Assembly: GCF_001194135.2 (NCBI RefSeq) | Contig: NC_068998.1 | Span: 49,857,753 to 49,921,752 of the forward strand | Source: Octopus bimaculoides | Taxonomy: Eukaryota | Length of the DNA stretch: 64,000 nt | Direction of reading: 5' to 3' | Shown: piece by piece, positions 45,200 through 58,995 of the stretch | How the letters are laid out: every line of letters starts with the position of its first letter | How positions within the stretch are numbered: the first letter of the stretch is position 1 | Translations under genes and position numbers: made by a program | The notes under the pieces: model-generated | The model's database searches: none | Seen by the model: only the letters and a program-made list of their open reading frames with translations | Told to the model about the DNA's origin: nothing

Positions 45200-46100
45200 A
45201 TACATACATACATGCTGCTTGCATATATTGCATATATGGGTGCAGAACGTCTCTAACGGTGCAAATAGCATATTCGGCCTATTTTGCTTTATGATTTCAA
45301 TAAAGGCAACAACGCAACGCAATGTGCGAGGAATATTTATACAGTGTATGGGGATATGACAAGAAGCGTACACCAGTGTCGAGGGTGGTCCCAGAAATTC
45401 CGAGCCGGAAACTACAGCCTAGAAGACGAGCATCGTCTTGGTATATTGGTAAAGATCAGTGATGACATCCTGTAATACCTGATGGAACAAAATCCCGTCG
45501 TTAATCTTGAAAACCGAGCAGAGAAGCTTCGATTTGCTCTTTCAACCATCGATACCTTTATGCTCTCGGAAAATAAACAAATTTTGTCCATGGGTTCCTC
45601 ATAAATTCTCCGAGCCTAATTGCGCGCAGAGAATGAATGTATGTCCTTCTTGGACAGAATATTGACTAGTGAAAAGAAATGGGTTCTCTATCAAATGTCA
45701 AGTACCAAAACAGTGGGTAGAGATATGAGAAACACCGTCACCCTAGACTAAAGTGATTTTCACCAACGTAAGGTGTTGTAATTTGTTTGGTGGGATATGA
45801 AATATTTAACTCTGAACTTTAAACCTAATCCAAACGAAAACAAAGATCTACTTCGAACAACTTGAGCGGCTTAAGTGAGTGCTAGAAAAAAACGACCATT
45901 TTTATCTTCCAGACGACCATCTTTGGTTTGAGAATAATGCTCGGCCACATACTACAACGATGGCATGACATTCGAACGATTGATACAGTTTGAATGGGAA
46001 AGGATGCTCCATACACCATATTTGCTGGACATTGCCCCATTTGATTATCATTTATTCCGCGATCTCCAAAATAATTTGGACGAAAAATAAAACAAACATA
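45200..46100 (+). mobile_element. Mariner (Mos1/SETMAR-type) transposase pseudogene
   Basis: HIRPILLYDFNKGNNATQCARNI...KFRAGNYSLEDE; RILTSEKKWVLY; ENNARPH; PYLLDIAPFDYHLFRDLQN. Confidence 0.85.
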
Positions 46101-46400
46101 TATATATACTTTTTCCAGGGACGCCTTCGCATCGAAGATTGGTGATTGTCGTACGCTCACGAAGGGTAAATACTCCGAAACTCGTGTCCGAGCGTATCAT
46201 GTCAGATCAACGATGAGAAGGATGACTTCCCTTTGCAAATAACGACAGGGCATAGATGTGTGCCAATAGCCAGCTAGAAGAGACGTTCTCCTGGGGCTAA
46301 AAGCAACAGTAACATTCACCCTTAGGGTTTAGCCATATTTAAGTGGCAAATATACTTCACGTTGTCGTGCAGTTACTGTTTATATCTCGTTCAGAGATTT

Positions 46401-46470
<70 letters not shown>

Positions 46471-46999
46471 AAGTACATTACAAATCAGTGTGAATCTTCC
46501 TTCAAAGACCGCTTTCAATGTTAACCAGCCAAACTAGCGCATAATAGGAAAATACAATGAATTAAGTTTTAGCTTCTCTCATTTTTGGTTTACTAAAATT
46601 CACTCAAAAGTACTTGGACGCTGCGAGTGTAACACAGAGGACATTAGCGCAATGTGCAATGAAGTGGGGCTGAACCCGGAAACATAGGATTTGGTCGCAA
46701 ACTCTTTATCACTAACCAACCCTTAGGTAAACACAAACAAAACATACACAGACACCCATACACCTATGCGCAATTTCATGCGTACGTGTTGATTAGCAAC
46801 ATTAAGTGTTGGCAATATAAACTGCCATTTTAAACATAATATATTACCATGCAATAAACAACGAGAGAATATAAATTTTGTTTCCAATTTACCCTTAAGC
46901 AAACATCTGTTTCAGAGCTTTTAATTCTGCAAACAAAGCTGTACGTAGTAGAAACGGCAACACCAAATATAGAGAGCTTGGGACAGTATCTTAAATACA

Positions 47000-47239
47000 A
47001 TGAAAAGTATTATAAGCCTACTGTTCATTATTTTTGGTAAGACGTTCTTTCAAAAACCGGTACTCATAAGGCAACGGGTGACACGGCCAGGAACAAACAG
47101 ACGCAAAGAAATGCATGAATGTACATATGTCTATATGTAACTATCTATCTGTCTGTCTGCCTGTCTGTTTGTCTGTCTGTCTGCATGTCTGTGTGTCTGT
47201 CTGTCTGTCTCTCTCTCTCTCTTTTTTTCTCTCTCTCTT

Positions 47240-47290
<51 letters not shown>

Positions 47291-50200
47291 NNNNNNNNNN
47301 TATATATGTATATATATATATACATAGATGCATACATGCAATACATATATGTCTATGTGTGTGAACGTGTGTGTGTGTGTATTTAACGTTGTCTGAGCAT
47401 GCCATCATATATAGGTTCAGATTATTCGAATCAATTACTTTAAATTGTTGTTATTCTGTATTTTTTTCATCATTCCGATTTCGTATCAGAAGTGTTTCAA
47501 TTTGTTCATTATTAGGTCATCGTCATTCTTAAAATTATCTCCGTTTTCAGTAGAATTTCTCTGCATTATGAAATTTAATATATAATGTCTCGTTTATCAA
47601 CATTCTTCCTTATACTCACACGCCGGTTATATACAACATGCCTCAGGAAACAATATTTTCGAAGGAAAATACCTACAATACTCAATGATGATATGCTCAG
47701 ACTACGTTACATACTCACGTTCTGCATACACTAACAAAGAAAGATTGGCAAGTTATCTTAATGTAAAAAAGGAAACAACAAATATAGAAAAGAGCGATCG
47801 TAGAAATAAAGATCCCATCTATACTGGAGTTACTATAAGATGTAGAGGACATTTTGAAATAACCTTTACGTGAAAGGAAGTAAAATGGCACTATATGATT
47901 TACAAGTATACGCACCAACAGAAAAAAAACTAAACATAATGTAATAATCCTGTATATGGAAGTAATCGTCTACTTATAGATTCAATTAAATAATTTATCT
48001 CTGATCGAAAATAATTGTTTCATTATATATTGACTTAATCCTGTATTCCCCCAAAGGGAGTAGTGAATAAATTGTGTAAAGCATATGTAATTGTTAAAAT
48101 TGTAGGTGCTGTAGAATCCGAAATCTGTCTCAAGGTAGCCGAGAAACATTGTCAATACGCTCTGCATATTTATCCTGTAAAGTATCCAGATATGAATTAC
48201 TGCAGGTATATATTCAGCTTTTACAACGATCGTTCACAGTACCGCCAATATAATTTGGAATTCTGCTCCACGAAATCAATTGTTCGTAGTGTATTACACA
48301 CAGGAACAAACTATGATTCGATCAGAAATTTTTTATTTAAATCTCACGAGAGATATTCAGCAACAGTACTTTGGAAAAAGGATTATTTGCCAACATAACA
48401 TGGCATTCCTGGTTTAGGACGAATGTTACTGTAATTTAAGCCCAGGAGATATCGTCTCCAGCTGGCTATACGGCACGATCTGTGACTCACCTATTGTTTT
48501 GAGTCGAGTAGGGGTGCTAGATTCCCTTGTTCGAAAATATAAGGACATAAATCGTGTCGTATAGCCAGCTGGAGACGATGCCACCTGGGGTTAAATTACA
48601 GCAACATTCGTCCTAAACCAAGACTGGCATGTCATGTTGGCAAATAATCTTTACTCCTATCTTATGATTGTTTTGAAATGTATTCCACCTCCGGTTCTGG
48701 AAATATTCCGTCAATCTTGCAACGCCTCAAACCAAATATTATCGCCTTTGACGATAGACCGAAAACGAAGGATAAATTACGAATTTCATTGTTTCAAACT
48801 CACTTTCCCATTGCGATTTCAACACCCATTCATCCATTGATGCGATACAAATAATTTCTATCATAGACTAACATGTTTTCTTGGCCAACTGTTCTTTATG
48901 TAAAACTATTTGTATTTCTAATTAACATCATTTCCACCACAGAAATATAAAAGGGGATATTCTCAGAGAATGTTAATACTTCAGATATAGTATGATGGTG
49001 AACTAGCAGTATAGTTTGTACGCCGGTCCAAAAGCTTAGCGGCATTTCGTCCGTTTTTACTTTCTCAGTTTCATATTCTGCCGTATTTGATCTTCGCTTC
49101 CATCTTTCCAGGGTCGATAAAATATCTACCAGTGGTGAACAAGGACTATATTAATTTGAAACCAATTTCTCGCATATTGTAAACCTTGACGCCAAGTATA
49201 ATTTTCAATTCATACATACATACATATTCTGATTATAATAACAGAAACTATATTGATAATGTTTTATTATAATTACTAATACTTCAAACAAAAATTTGTT
49301 TTGCAGGCGTCTATGGATGTATGAAACTTGTTTTATTAATGTAGATAATCGTTGTAGAAAGGCTATGCGCGATATTCGTAAGGACAAATGCCCTGGTGAG
49401 TAAAGTAATTTGTCGTATTATTAAAGGTGTTATGTCAACAAAGTAAATTCAAATCACAATTTACTTTTGCTGGACTCTATTTTGAGATAACAAGCCAGGG
49501 GCCTCGGCGTGGTACTCAATTTAAGCTATTGACTTCACTTTAACCCAATAAGTGCCAAATGTTTTATTCATATTTTTGGCGGTTGCCAGGTGTCTTACGA
49601 GTTAAAATAATATATAATATTTTAATTCATACGTAAATTATTTTGGAAATTTTGATAGTTCTTTCCAAAAGTTCCAAATAGGGATCGCTGAAAAATAACA
49701 TATTTATCCAATCCTTTTCAATTGCAATAATAAACTCTGTGTGTGACTCTGTGTGAGTAACATAATATAATATATAACATATAAGGAAACAAGCTGGCAG
49801 AATCGATAGCACACTGGACTAAATACCTGGTGACATTTTATCTGTAGCCACGTTGGGAGCTCAACGTTCCGCCGAGGTCGACTTTACATTTTACCGTTTC
49901 CTGGGTAGATGAAATAAGTAGCAGTTGAGCGCTTGTTTCAATCTAACGGACTTAGTCCCAACCAAAACAATTGCTGTCATATCATTCTGCCAAAATTTGA
50001 AAAAATATAATAAAATCGAAGTTTATTTCATTTCTAAATTTATGTTCATCTTTTTGTGCTGATTCATGGATAAAATAAGTGCCAACGTATTGCTGCAGTT
50101 CATTAACTCTATGAAAAGCTCTCTTCTGTAAGTGCGGTAGTTCACCAGATCACACGCAGTGCACTGTGAAAGGAAAACTATCTCTGTATTACTGCTCGAG

Positions 50201-50405
50201 ACCATTTCTCATACTGTATATAATTTTCTAGAAAATATGAAAGATATTCATGAAATAAATCCATGAATTGTATATGAATTATTGGTTAACATATTTTTTT
50301 TTTGTCTTGAATTCTTCAGGAGATATGCCCGCTGATAACTCAGTGCCATGCATTGTAACATTAAACAGTATATTATTGGCTGTTCTCCAATGGGCCATAT
50401 TTTAG
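47000..50405 (+). CDS. Six-Cys GPI-type surface protein, copy B7 (103 aa). Exons 47000-47036, 48106-48205, 49307-49395, 50320-50405. MKSIISLLFIIFGAVESEICLKVAEKHCQYALHIYPVKYPDMNYCRRLWMYETCFINVDNRCRKAMRDIRKDKCPGDMPADNSVPCIVTLNSILLAVLQWAIF*
   Basis: GT-AG introns of phases 1,2,1; open frame; AATAAA at 50437-50442; C5-C6 spacing is 11 instead of 12. Confidence 0.88.
48379..48651. repeat. Long inverted repeat (MITE-like) in B7 intron 2; arms 48379-48479 and 48551-48651
   Basis: The two roughly 100-bp arms are near-perfect reverse complements (ggtttaggacgaatgtt / aacattcgtcctaaacc; atcgtctccagctggctatac / gtatagccagctggagacgat). Absent from B5/B6 intron 2. Confidence 0.8.
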
Positions 50406-50631
50406 TGGAATTCGAACATATGCACCGTGTGAAGCTAATAAATATAATAAATTTGTAACAAACAATTTTGGTAGTTTTGCATTATGTTAAATCTTATCTT
50501 CTGTATAAAAATAACTTCTAAAATTATATTTTAATAAACATGTCAAGAAATATATCTATTTCGTGTCCATACTATATCACTTTACATTTACTGTCATTGC
50601 AATATGATATTTATTTGCAGTCTACTACTGT

Positions 50632-50965
50632 ATATATATATATGGTGGTGGTTGTCTACTCCTTAAACAGAGTTTGACCACCTCCTGCACCTACACCTTA
50701 GCCCTTTCATGGCGTCTGATGTGGCTTTTTAAACCAGAGGGTGTTTTGAAAATACACCCACACAGATTGCACCTCTGATTTGCACTACCAATACCTGCAA
50801 GTAAGCTCTGCTCATTGTGGATCCTAACATGTCTTTTAAGACCCCCATTGGATTTGCAAACCCTCCGGCACACACCACATTCAAACGTGTGCACAGACAT
50901 ATAATCAGAATAGCTGGATGAGGTTTGTTTTCCATGGGTTCGCAGGTGAGATTTGAGGCCAGCCA
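50632..50965 (-). mobile_element. 3' end of a LINE (probably RTE clade) with C-terminal C2H2 zinc fingers; the rest is lost in the N gap
   Basis: ...GLKSHLRTH...CGVCRRVCKSNGGLKRHVRIH...CNLCGCIFKTPSGLKSHIRRH* at 50691-50965, no TGEKP linkers, and a very short 3'UTR ending in (CCA)n(TA)n. Confidence 0.6.
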
Positions 50966-52347
50966 NNNNNNNNNNNNNNNNNNNNNNNNNNNNNNNNNNN
51001 NNNNNNNNNNNNNNNNNNNNNNNNNNNNNNNNNNNNNNNNNNNNNNNNNNNNNNNNNNNNNNNNNNNNNNNNNNNNNNNNNNNNNNNNNNNNNNNNNNNN
51101 NNNNNNNNNNNNNNNNNNNNNNNNNNNNNNNNNNNNNNNNNNNNNNNNNNNNNNNNNNNNNNNNNNNNNNNNNNNNNNNNNNNNNNNNNNNNNNNNNNNN
51201 NNNNNNNNNNNNNNNNNNNNNNNNNNNNNNNNNNNNNNNNNNNNNNNNNNNNNNNNNNNNNNNNNNNNNNNNNNNNNNNNNNNNNNNNNNNNNNNNNNNN
51301 NNNNNNNNNNNNNNNNNNNNNNNNNNNNNNNNNNNNNNNNNNNNNNNNNNNNNNNNNNNNNNNNNNNNNNNNNNNNNNNNNNNNNNNNNNNNNNNNNNNN
51401 NNNNNNNNNNNNNNNNNNNNNNNNNNNNNNNNNNNNNNNNNNNNNNNNNNNNNNNNNNNNNNNNNNNNNNNNNNNNNNNNNNNNNNNNNNNNNNNNNNNN
51501 NNNNNNNNNNNNNNNNNNNNNNNNNNNNNNNNNNNNNNNNNNNNNNNNNNNNNNNNNNNNNNNNNNNNNNNNNNNNNNNNNNNNNNNNNNNNNNNNNNNN
51601 NNNNNNNNNNNNNNNNNNNNNNNNNNNNNNNNNNNNNNNNNNNNNNNNNNNNNNNNNNNNNNNNNNNNNNNNNNNNNNNNNNNNNNNNNNNNNNNNNNNN
51701 NNNNNNNNNNNNNNNNNNNNNNNNNNNNNNNNNNNNNNNNNNNNNNNNNNNNNNNNNNNNNNNNNNNNNNNNNNNNNNNNNNNNNNNNNNNNNNNNNNNN
51801 NNNNNNNNNNNNNNNNNNNNNNATACATACATATATATATATATATGCGCGCGCGCGCGTGTGCATCACAATTGAAAGTGTTGCTTTACAGGTTCACTTT
51901 CCCTAGCAGAAAAGTGATGTTTATATGTCATACATTGAAGTACGCAACACACGATATATATACAATTAGTTCATTTTTTAGTTTATATACATATTTACTT
52001 ACTTTTAAATTTTTCATTTGCAAATATAATGTTAATGCGTTCTCATGCAGAAATACCTTTCATTAAAAATTTCCCTCCAAAACTGAATGTTTGGAAGGGG
52101 AGACCGTACATTTTGTATTCTAAAGATAACGCTAAGCGGAGAAAAAGAAAGAGGTAAAAAGAAGGAAAACGGGGAGAGAGATGAACAAACCGTACTTTTC
52201 TTTTTTCTTTTTTGGAAGAGGTCACTATTCCACACATTCCAATACGAAGTTAAAGGACTAAATAAATAAATGGTTAAAGGAAGGGGCATAGCCCTTCTCT
52301 CTCACTCCCTCTAACTATGTGTCTATCTGACTGACAAACTATCCGTG

Positions 52348-52403
<56 letters not shown>

Positions 52404-52619
52404 CATCTCCATTGTCATTGAACCTCGCCCATAAAACAAAAACAATGACCTCTTCTTAACAGCTCCCCACCCAAAAATCTGTTTGGTACAAATGAACAAG
52501 GTGTTTGAACCTTCACAAAATATTATTTGACAAATTCGAGAAACGAACGAAAGCGATAATAAATGAGGAAATAATAAAAGGGTTTTTTTCTCTAAAATCC
52601 TGACATAATCTTTTCTCGA

Positions 52620-52662
<43 letters not shown>

Positions 52663-53703
52663 ATATATATAATTGGAATAATTTGAATTCAACAAAAAGG
52701 CGTGCGGTTGGATATTTATTTTTGATCAGTACAATTGTTTCCATGGAACTTTCTGTTACTTGATATGCACTTAGTTGTGTTTCGTCAAGTGATATGTAAA
52801 TATTGTCTACAGAAGTTGACATTCCCTGCCTCAAGAACATCCTCTCTATCTGTCGTGTCCTGAAATTAGTAGCTGTCACTGAGTTTATCACGATGTGTTG
52901 TAGCTGAAGGCACGGTGCCAATTATCTTTTCGTGGTCGGTAAATCAACAACCAGTTAAATGCTAGGGTCGACTACTCCGATATTACTGACCTTGTGTTAA
53001 CATTTGGATACATTATTTGGCACGGAGAAGCTGCCAGATTCGTTTGCATACCTGAAAAAAAAAACATCTAATGACATTTTTCCGGATTAATGTTGAGAAT
53101 TTAAGTTTCACCGAAGTCTATTTTAAATCCCATATTTCCAGAGTCTCTCAAATAAGGAGCAGTTTAACATTTGAGTTGATATAAACGAGTTACGCTCTGC
53201 CCCGAAATGATAGACCTCATGACAATATTGGAGACGTTGAAGCCCTACGCTGGCAGAATCTTCTGACGGTCGAGATAAGTGCATTGCAATATTTTCTCTG
53301 GCATTTTAGATCGGAGTTTTAGACTTTACACTCCCGGGTGGATAGAATAGAAAGTTTGTCAACAACTTTGCCGATGGTATAAGCTTCGTTCCCCTAAAAA
53401 TTGTTTCAATAAAAATCATCGTTATTCTGAATATTTAAATGCATTTGTTATATCTACGGATATTATTCACTAATATGCTATGATTGTCAGAGATTTAGTA
53501 ACAGCCAAGTGATATGCATTCAATACATTCTTATTCTAGTACATAATCAATAAATATATAAATTATCTAACAATGAAGAACGCAATAGAAACCTTAGTGA
53601 AACAGAGGGTGGAATATATTCGTTCGGTTCCTGTCGCCACCACACATTGGTTTGTCTACTTAGATGATTTAAGAATAAAATAAATTAGTCCACACACACA
53701 CAC

Positions 53704-53746
<43 letters not shown>

Positions 53747-54399
53747 TACGACGAGCATCTTTTAGGTTCCGTCTACGAAATCCACTACTAGAAAACAGTT
53801 GCCCAGGGTGGCACCTAGTTCGACTGAAAGCGGAATCATGTAGTTGTGAAGCAATCTCCTTACCACACTGTCACGCTAAATCAGAGTGGGCAAGTGAAAG
53901 AAGATGACAAGGCAATGAAGAAACAAAGGATAGGAGAAGTCTTAGTTAGGAAATCTGAAGGAGAAGTAAAATGAAATAATTGAACGTGGTAAGGATAAGA
54001 AAGAAGATCAAGAAAGCCGTTTATCGTTAACAAGGCAAAGAAAAATATTGATAATTATTATGATTACAAAACTTAAAGAACCTACAGGAAAAGAAAAGAT
54101 AACAATGGAATGATATTACTAAATTTTAAAAAATGGTACAAGTGTAAAATAAAAAAACGAAATGAAAATTTATTTGTGATCAGAATCTGTTTTAGATCAG
54201 AAACGACGGTTTAGACAACGGTAATTTCTGGTCTTAAAAATCGTCGTTGTTGCTATTGGAAAATTTGGTTTGCTCACTTTACTAATTCATTTGTCAAAAT
54301 GAAGCCGGTCAAAAACAAAACATAAAAGCTATACACGTATAAATCTGATGTTCTTTCTAATCTATATCTCGTTCTATTGGATTAGGGAATAATTTATGA

Positions 54400-54780
54400 G
54401 CGTTCTTTTCAAATTTATTTTAAACAAAATACATACAACAAATTAATCAATAATATACACTCCGTTGTTGTTAAGAATTCCTTTCCTCGTTTAATAAGTT
54501 CTTCGATCCCGCGGTGAGAGACATGTCCCGGTCTTCAGTGAAAGAATTCGTCCAACGAAGTCAATGTTGAACACACCGCTCAAAGCATTCGAAAGCAGTG
54601 GACAGAGATGTAAATCTGACGCTACTAAGGTTGGAGACTATGGATTATGAGGCAGCGCTTCCCATTCGAGTTCATGAATTGCGGCTTTGATCATACTGGC
54701 GATATGAGGACGAGTGTTGTCGTGTTGCAGAAGAACGCTATATTGTAAAACAAAAACGTCTATTTTAAATTGCATGAAAC
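54400..54780 (-). mobile_element. Mariner fragment
   Basis: Minus strand VLLQHDNTRPHIA and PHNP*SPTLVASDF. Confidence 0.75.
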
Positions 54781-55229
54781 ATTTTCACAATACACACCGG
54801 TCAAAATTCTTAGCGGCGTTTCCTCCGTGTTTACGTTCTGAGTTAAGTTTCAGCAGGCGTCTTCTTTGCATTTCCTCAAGTCTCGGTCGATAAATTAAGT
54901 ACCAATCAAGTACTACGGTCGAAGTACTCGACTATCCCCCCCCCCCTCAAATTCCAGGTTCTGTGCCAATGGTAGAAAGATAATTAGTATTTAAGGTATT
55001 TTTAATGCAGTAAAGTGGTAGAATCGTTAGCTTGCCGAACCAAATGCTTAGCAACATTTCTTATGTTTTCATGTTTTGAGTTACATTCTGCCGAAGTCGA
55101 ATTTACCTAAGAAGAAGAATAAAATGAAAACAATAATCAATAATACAATGAATATATGTCTCTGTTTATTAGAAATACTGTTTTCTTTCCAAATCTATAT
55201 TCATTTTCTTTGACTGATTTATCGATAAA

Positions 55230-55560
55230 ATAAGTGCCAGTATATTGATGAAGTTCTTCGAGTGTATATAATGAACTCATCCGTACGTTTGGTATTTGAT
55301 GAGGTTACACGCAGAGCTCTGGGGAATGGAAACTGTGTTTGCGTTATTGGTCGAGGACAATCGTCACATTTTATATACGTTTTTGTAGGAAATATCAACT
55401 TTATTCAAGAAATGAATGTACCAATTGTAAATGAATACTGCAATTTATATCACATGAATTAATAATAATTCATGTGATATGTGCAAATCTAAGTCAGCAG
55501 CCTGCATGCATTGTTACATTATACCCTATAATAATGGACCATATTTTAATGGAAACTGAT
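55230..55560 (+). pseudogene. Decayed B-type intron-3 end plus exon 4 relic (exon part about 55474-55549)
   Basis: Aligns to 50070-50420 and 59690-59980. The acceptor AG is replaced by AT (ttcat|GTGATATG) and indels shift the frame. Confidence 0.6.
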
Positions 55561-55688
55561 ATGCAGAGCTAGGAATAGGGGTAGATAATAAAGTACTGGT
55601 GACGGTGAGGTGAATAAAAGAGAGAGAAAAAGAGAAAGAAAGAAAGACGAACAGTAAACTAAAAGCAGAGGGAGGCAAAATAATACAT

Positions 55689-55745
<57 letters not shown>

Positions 55746-56902
55746 NNNNNNNNNNNNNNNNNNNNNNNNNNNNNNNNNNNNNNNNNNNNNNNNNNNNNNN
55801 NNNNNNNNNNNNNNNNNNNNNNNNNNNNNNNNNNNNNNNNNNNNNNNNNNNNNNNNNNNNNNNNNNNNNNNNNNNNNNNNNNNNNNNNNNNNNNNNNNNN
55901 NNNNNNNNNNNNNNNNNNNNNNNNNNNNNNNNNNNNNNNNNNNNNNNNNNNNNNNNNNNNNNNNNNNNNNNNNNNNNNNNNNNNNNNNNNNNNNNNNNNN
56001 NNNNNNNNNNNNNNNNNNNNNNNNNNNNNNNNNNNNNNNNNNNNNNNNNNNNNNNNNNNNNNNNNNNNNNNNNNNNNNNNNNNNNNNNNNNNNNNNNNNN
56101 NNNNNNNNNNNNNNNNNNNNNNNNNNNNNNNNNNNNNNNNNNNNNNNNNNNNNNNNNNNNNNNNNNNNNNNNNNNNNNNNNNNNNNNNNNNNNNNNNNNN
56201 NNNNNNNNNNNNNNNNNNNNNNNNNNNNNNNNNNNNNNNNNNNNNNNNNNNNNNNNNNNNNNNNNNNNNNNNNNNNNNNNNNNNNNNNNNNNNNNNNNNN
56301 NNNNNNNNNNNNNNNNNNNNNNNNNNNNNNNNNNNNNNNNNNNNNNNNNNNNNNNNNNNNNNNNNNNNNNNNNNNNNNNNNNNNNNNNNNNNNNNNNNNN
56401 NNNNNNNNNNNNNNNNNNNNNNNNNNNNNNNNNNNNNNNNNNNNNNNNNNNNNNNNNNNNNNNNNNNNNNNNNNNNNNNNNNNNNNNNNNNNNNNNNNNN
56501 NNNNNNNNNNNNNNNNNNNNNNNNNNNNNNNNNNNNNNNNNNNNNNNNNNNNNNNNNNNNNNNNNNNNNNNNNNNNNNNNNNNNNNNNNNNNNNNNNNNN
56601 NNNNNNNNNNNNNNNNNNNNNNNNNNNNNNNNNNNNNNNNNNNNNNNNNNNNNNNNNNNNNNNNNNNNNNNNNTATATATATATATATATATATATATAT
56701 TTACATATACATAAATACATATATATATATATATATATATGTTCGTGTATGTGTGAATATATTCATTGGCTGAATAGTCTATGACGTCACAAAAAGGAAT
56801 AACATTGATTTATGTCATTTTTTTATAATATAAATATGTGTGAAATTTGAAACGTAACAGATAGTGCCGTACAAGGATTTAGATCCTATAAGGAACTTCG
56901 GA

Positions 56903-56939
56903 ATGAAAGCTACAATAAGCATGTGTTTACTCATTCTCT
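56903..56939 (+). other. Possible orphan signal-peptide exon 1 (MKATISMCLLIL)
   Basis: 37 nt from ATG to a T|gtaggt donor, the family exon-1 length; 14 of the first 18 nt match B7 exon 1. A competing AG|gtaact donor 4 nt later would be out of phase. Confidence 0.35.
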
Positions 56940-57899
56940 GTAGGTAACTCTATTGGACGTTGAATTTTTCCCAGAAACAAAATCTATTTAAAATTACCAT
57001 ATGATCTACTTAAACAAACAGCGTATGTTTTTTTCACAACCATATGTGTAAAGACTGATATTCAAACACCGAAACACACCCCCACACATGCACACACATT
57101 CACACACACACATAAACAAAGTCACACAGGTGAACGCTATATTTCGTTATCTGCCTCTCCATGTGTATATGAATGGGCATGTGTATGTCTGAGTGTATAT
57201 GTATTTGCAAGTACGTGTGTTTGTGAAATAATGCATCGATCTTTTTAAAAAAGTTACGTTCCTATCATTGCGTGTTCGTTTCTTTTTCGCATCTGATAAA
57301 TGTATATTATGGGACTGTTATTTTGACTAGTTGTGTCTATTTATCAACCGATGAGAAACATCGACATCGCCGGATCCTTCTGGACCAGGCGTTAAGCGTC
57401 GCACCCGTGAGGACTCGATGCTAGCCGTGAAGTGATCTTAGTGCAACTAAAATAAATTAATACTAAAATCATATATTTCTCGCACACAGAGACGCACATG
57501 TACTCATACAAACACACATATATATACATAAATGGAAATTCCTGTCTGTCTGCCTGTCCATCGGCCTGTTACAATCTAGCTGCCCAGACCATGGAAGCGA
57601 TCTCCACCAAACCTTTTGAAATGACATCTTGTTCAATTATAGGCTAATAGGATTTCAATAAAAATTGATGACGGACTGCGGGGTTGGGTTATTACATGAG
57701 AAAATGACAGCTGTGCAATAGTGTTAGGTTCAGGGAATCATGGCATAATGAGCGAGGCTATGTATCCCTGCTCGGTATGTGGTGAAGCAATTAACTGACC
57801 TCTAATTATAATTATGCTTATAATTATTGAATATTTGTATAATGTTATCTATATTTCGCCATGAAGACATGAGCGAAATTAACAGCTATGGGATTACCG

Positions 57900-58750
57900 G
57901 GTGCTAAAATCTTTGTCCAAACTTTATTGTGTTGCTTTGTAACACAAATCGCAATAATCTAAAGAGAAAATTATTTGATGGAATAGATTTGTTTGACCCC
58001 TTTGCGAAATTATGTAGGCATATTTGTCGCCTGTCATTGTGGCCAATATTGAGATATAAGGTAGAAACATCCAGGGTTACCAAAAAACAGTTCCCGACAT
58101 GACCCTGGTGTTTAAAAAAAACGTAGTTGATCTCAGACACAAAAGCAAAAGTATCCCGAATATAAGGAACTTTATCCTTTTGTGACAAGGCGGAGTAGAA
58201 ACCCGCCATTCCAAAAACTTGGATGTACATTCATATCCGCTGCAAATTGGGCGCATTGGAGGAAATCTTTTGAACGTTCTGTGTATTTTAGGAAGACCAT
58301 AAAATACAGATGTTCTTTCTGACCATAAATTCCGGATTCTGCATTATTACTGAATTTGTTTACTCCCATTTTCAGAATTATTTTGCCAAGTCCCTCTCTG
58401 CAATTGTGTTTTGGGTTGACAGGTAATACTTCATATGAAGTCTTGTTATTTAGAACGGCTTCACAAACCGGAATACACTCGCTGTTCTCCCTAATTACGT
58501 TAGCATCTCCCATACCCGCCATTTTGATAACAATAGAATCATTATCAGTTAGAGGTCGTAGTGCGTAACGATGGGAATTTGTGAGATTATTCCAGTATTT
58601 CTTCCCACTTGTTTTAAGGATATTTTAAAAGCCTGTATTTTCTTGTTTCCTCTTTTTTTCTGTCTTTGTGTTCGCCTGTTATAAAATTGTAACTGAAAGA
58701 CTGATGATGTCCTTCCATCACCGTGTGGACGCTGGTTGCTCTCGTTCATA
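57900..58750 (-). mobile_element. Penelope-like RT fragment
   Basis: FLVTLDVSTLYLNIGH in ORF 57904-58230 (PLE RT LVxxDVxSLYTNIP motif). Confidence 0.75.
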
Positions 58751-58887
58751 CTTTAAATTTAAATTTCTATAATTTTGAATTTTTATCACTTCTTATGTTG
58801 AACTTCACAAAGACAGGCTTACTGTCGTAATATCGTTCAGCCAATAACATATCTATTAGAAACCAATCGCTTTCTTCACGTTGACTA

Positions 58888-58899
<12 letters not shown>

Positions 58900-58928
<29 letters not shown>

Positions 58929-58950
58929 GTTAGTAGTAGTAGTAGTAGTG

Positions 58951-58995
<45 letters not shown>

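Noticed and set aside
48063-48398. 111-aa ORF containing B7 exon 2
   Set aside because: It is exon 2 read through into both flanking introns; the spliced model fits the paralogs exactly.
50691-50965. C2H2 zinc-finger host gene, as in the cephalopod ZNF expansion
   Set aside because: It lacks TGEKP linkers, has long irregular spacers and ends in a LINE-like simple-repeat tail, so a retroelement ORF2 end is more likely.
53475-53510. atgctatgattgtcagagattt...acagccaag, resembling the start of A-type exon 2
   Set aside because: There is no acceptor AG, no Cys pattern and no continued homology; too short to separate from chance.
54636-54650. gactatggattatga, resembling the start of B-type exon 3
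   Set aside because: It is the reverse complement of the mariner PYSPDLAP region inside a transposon fragment.
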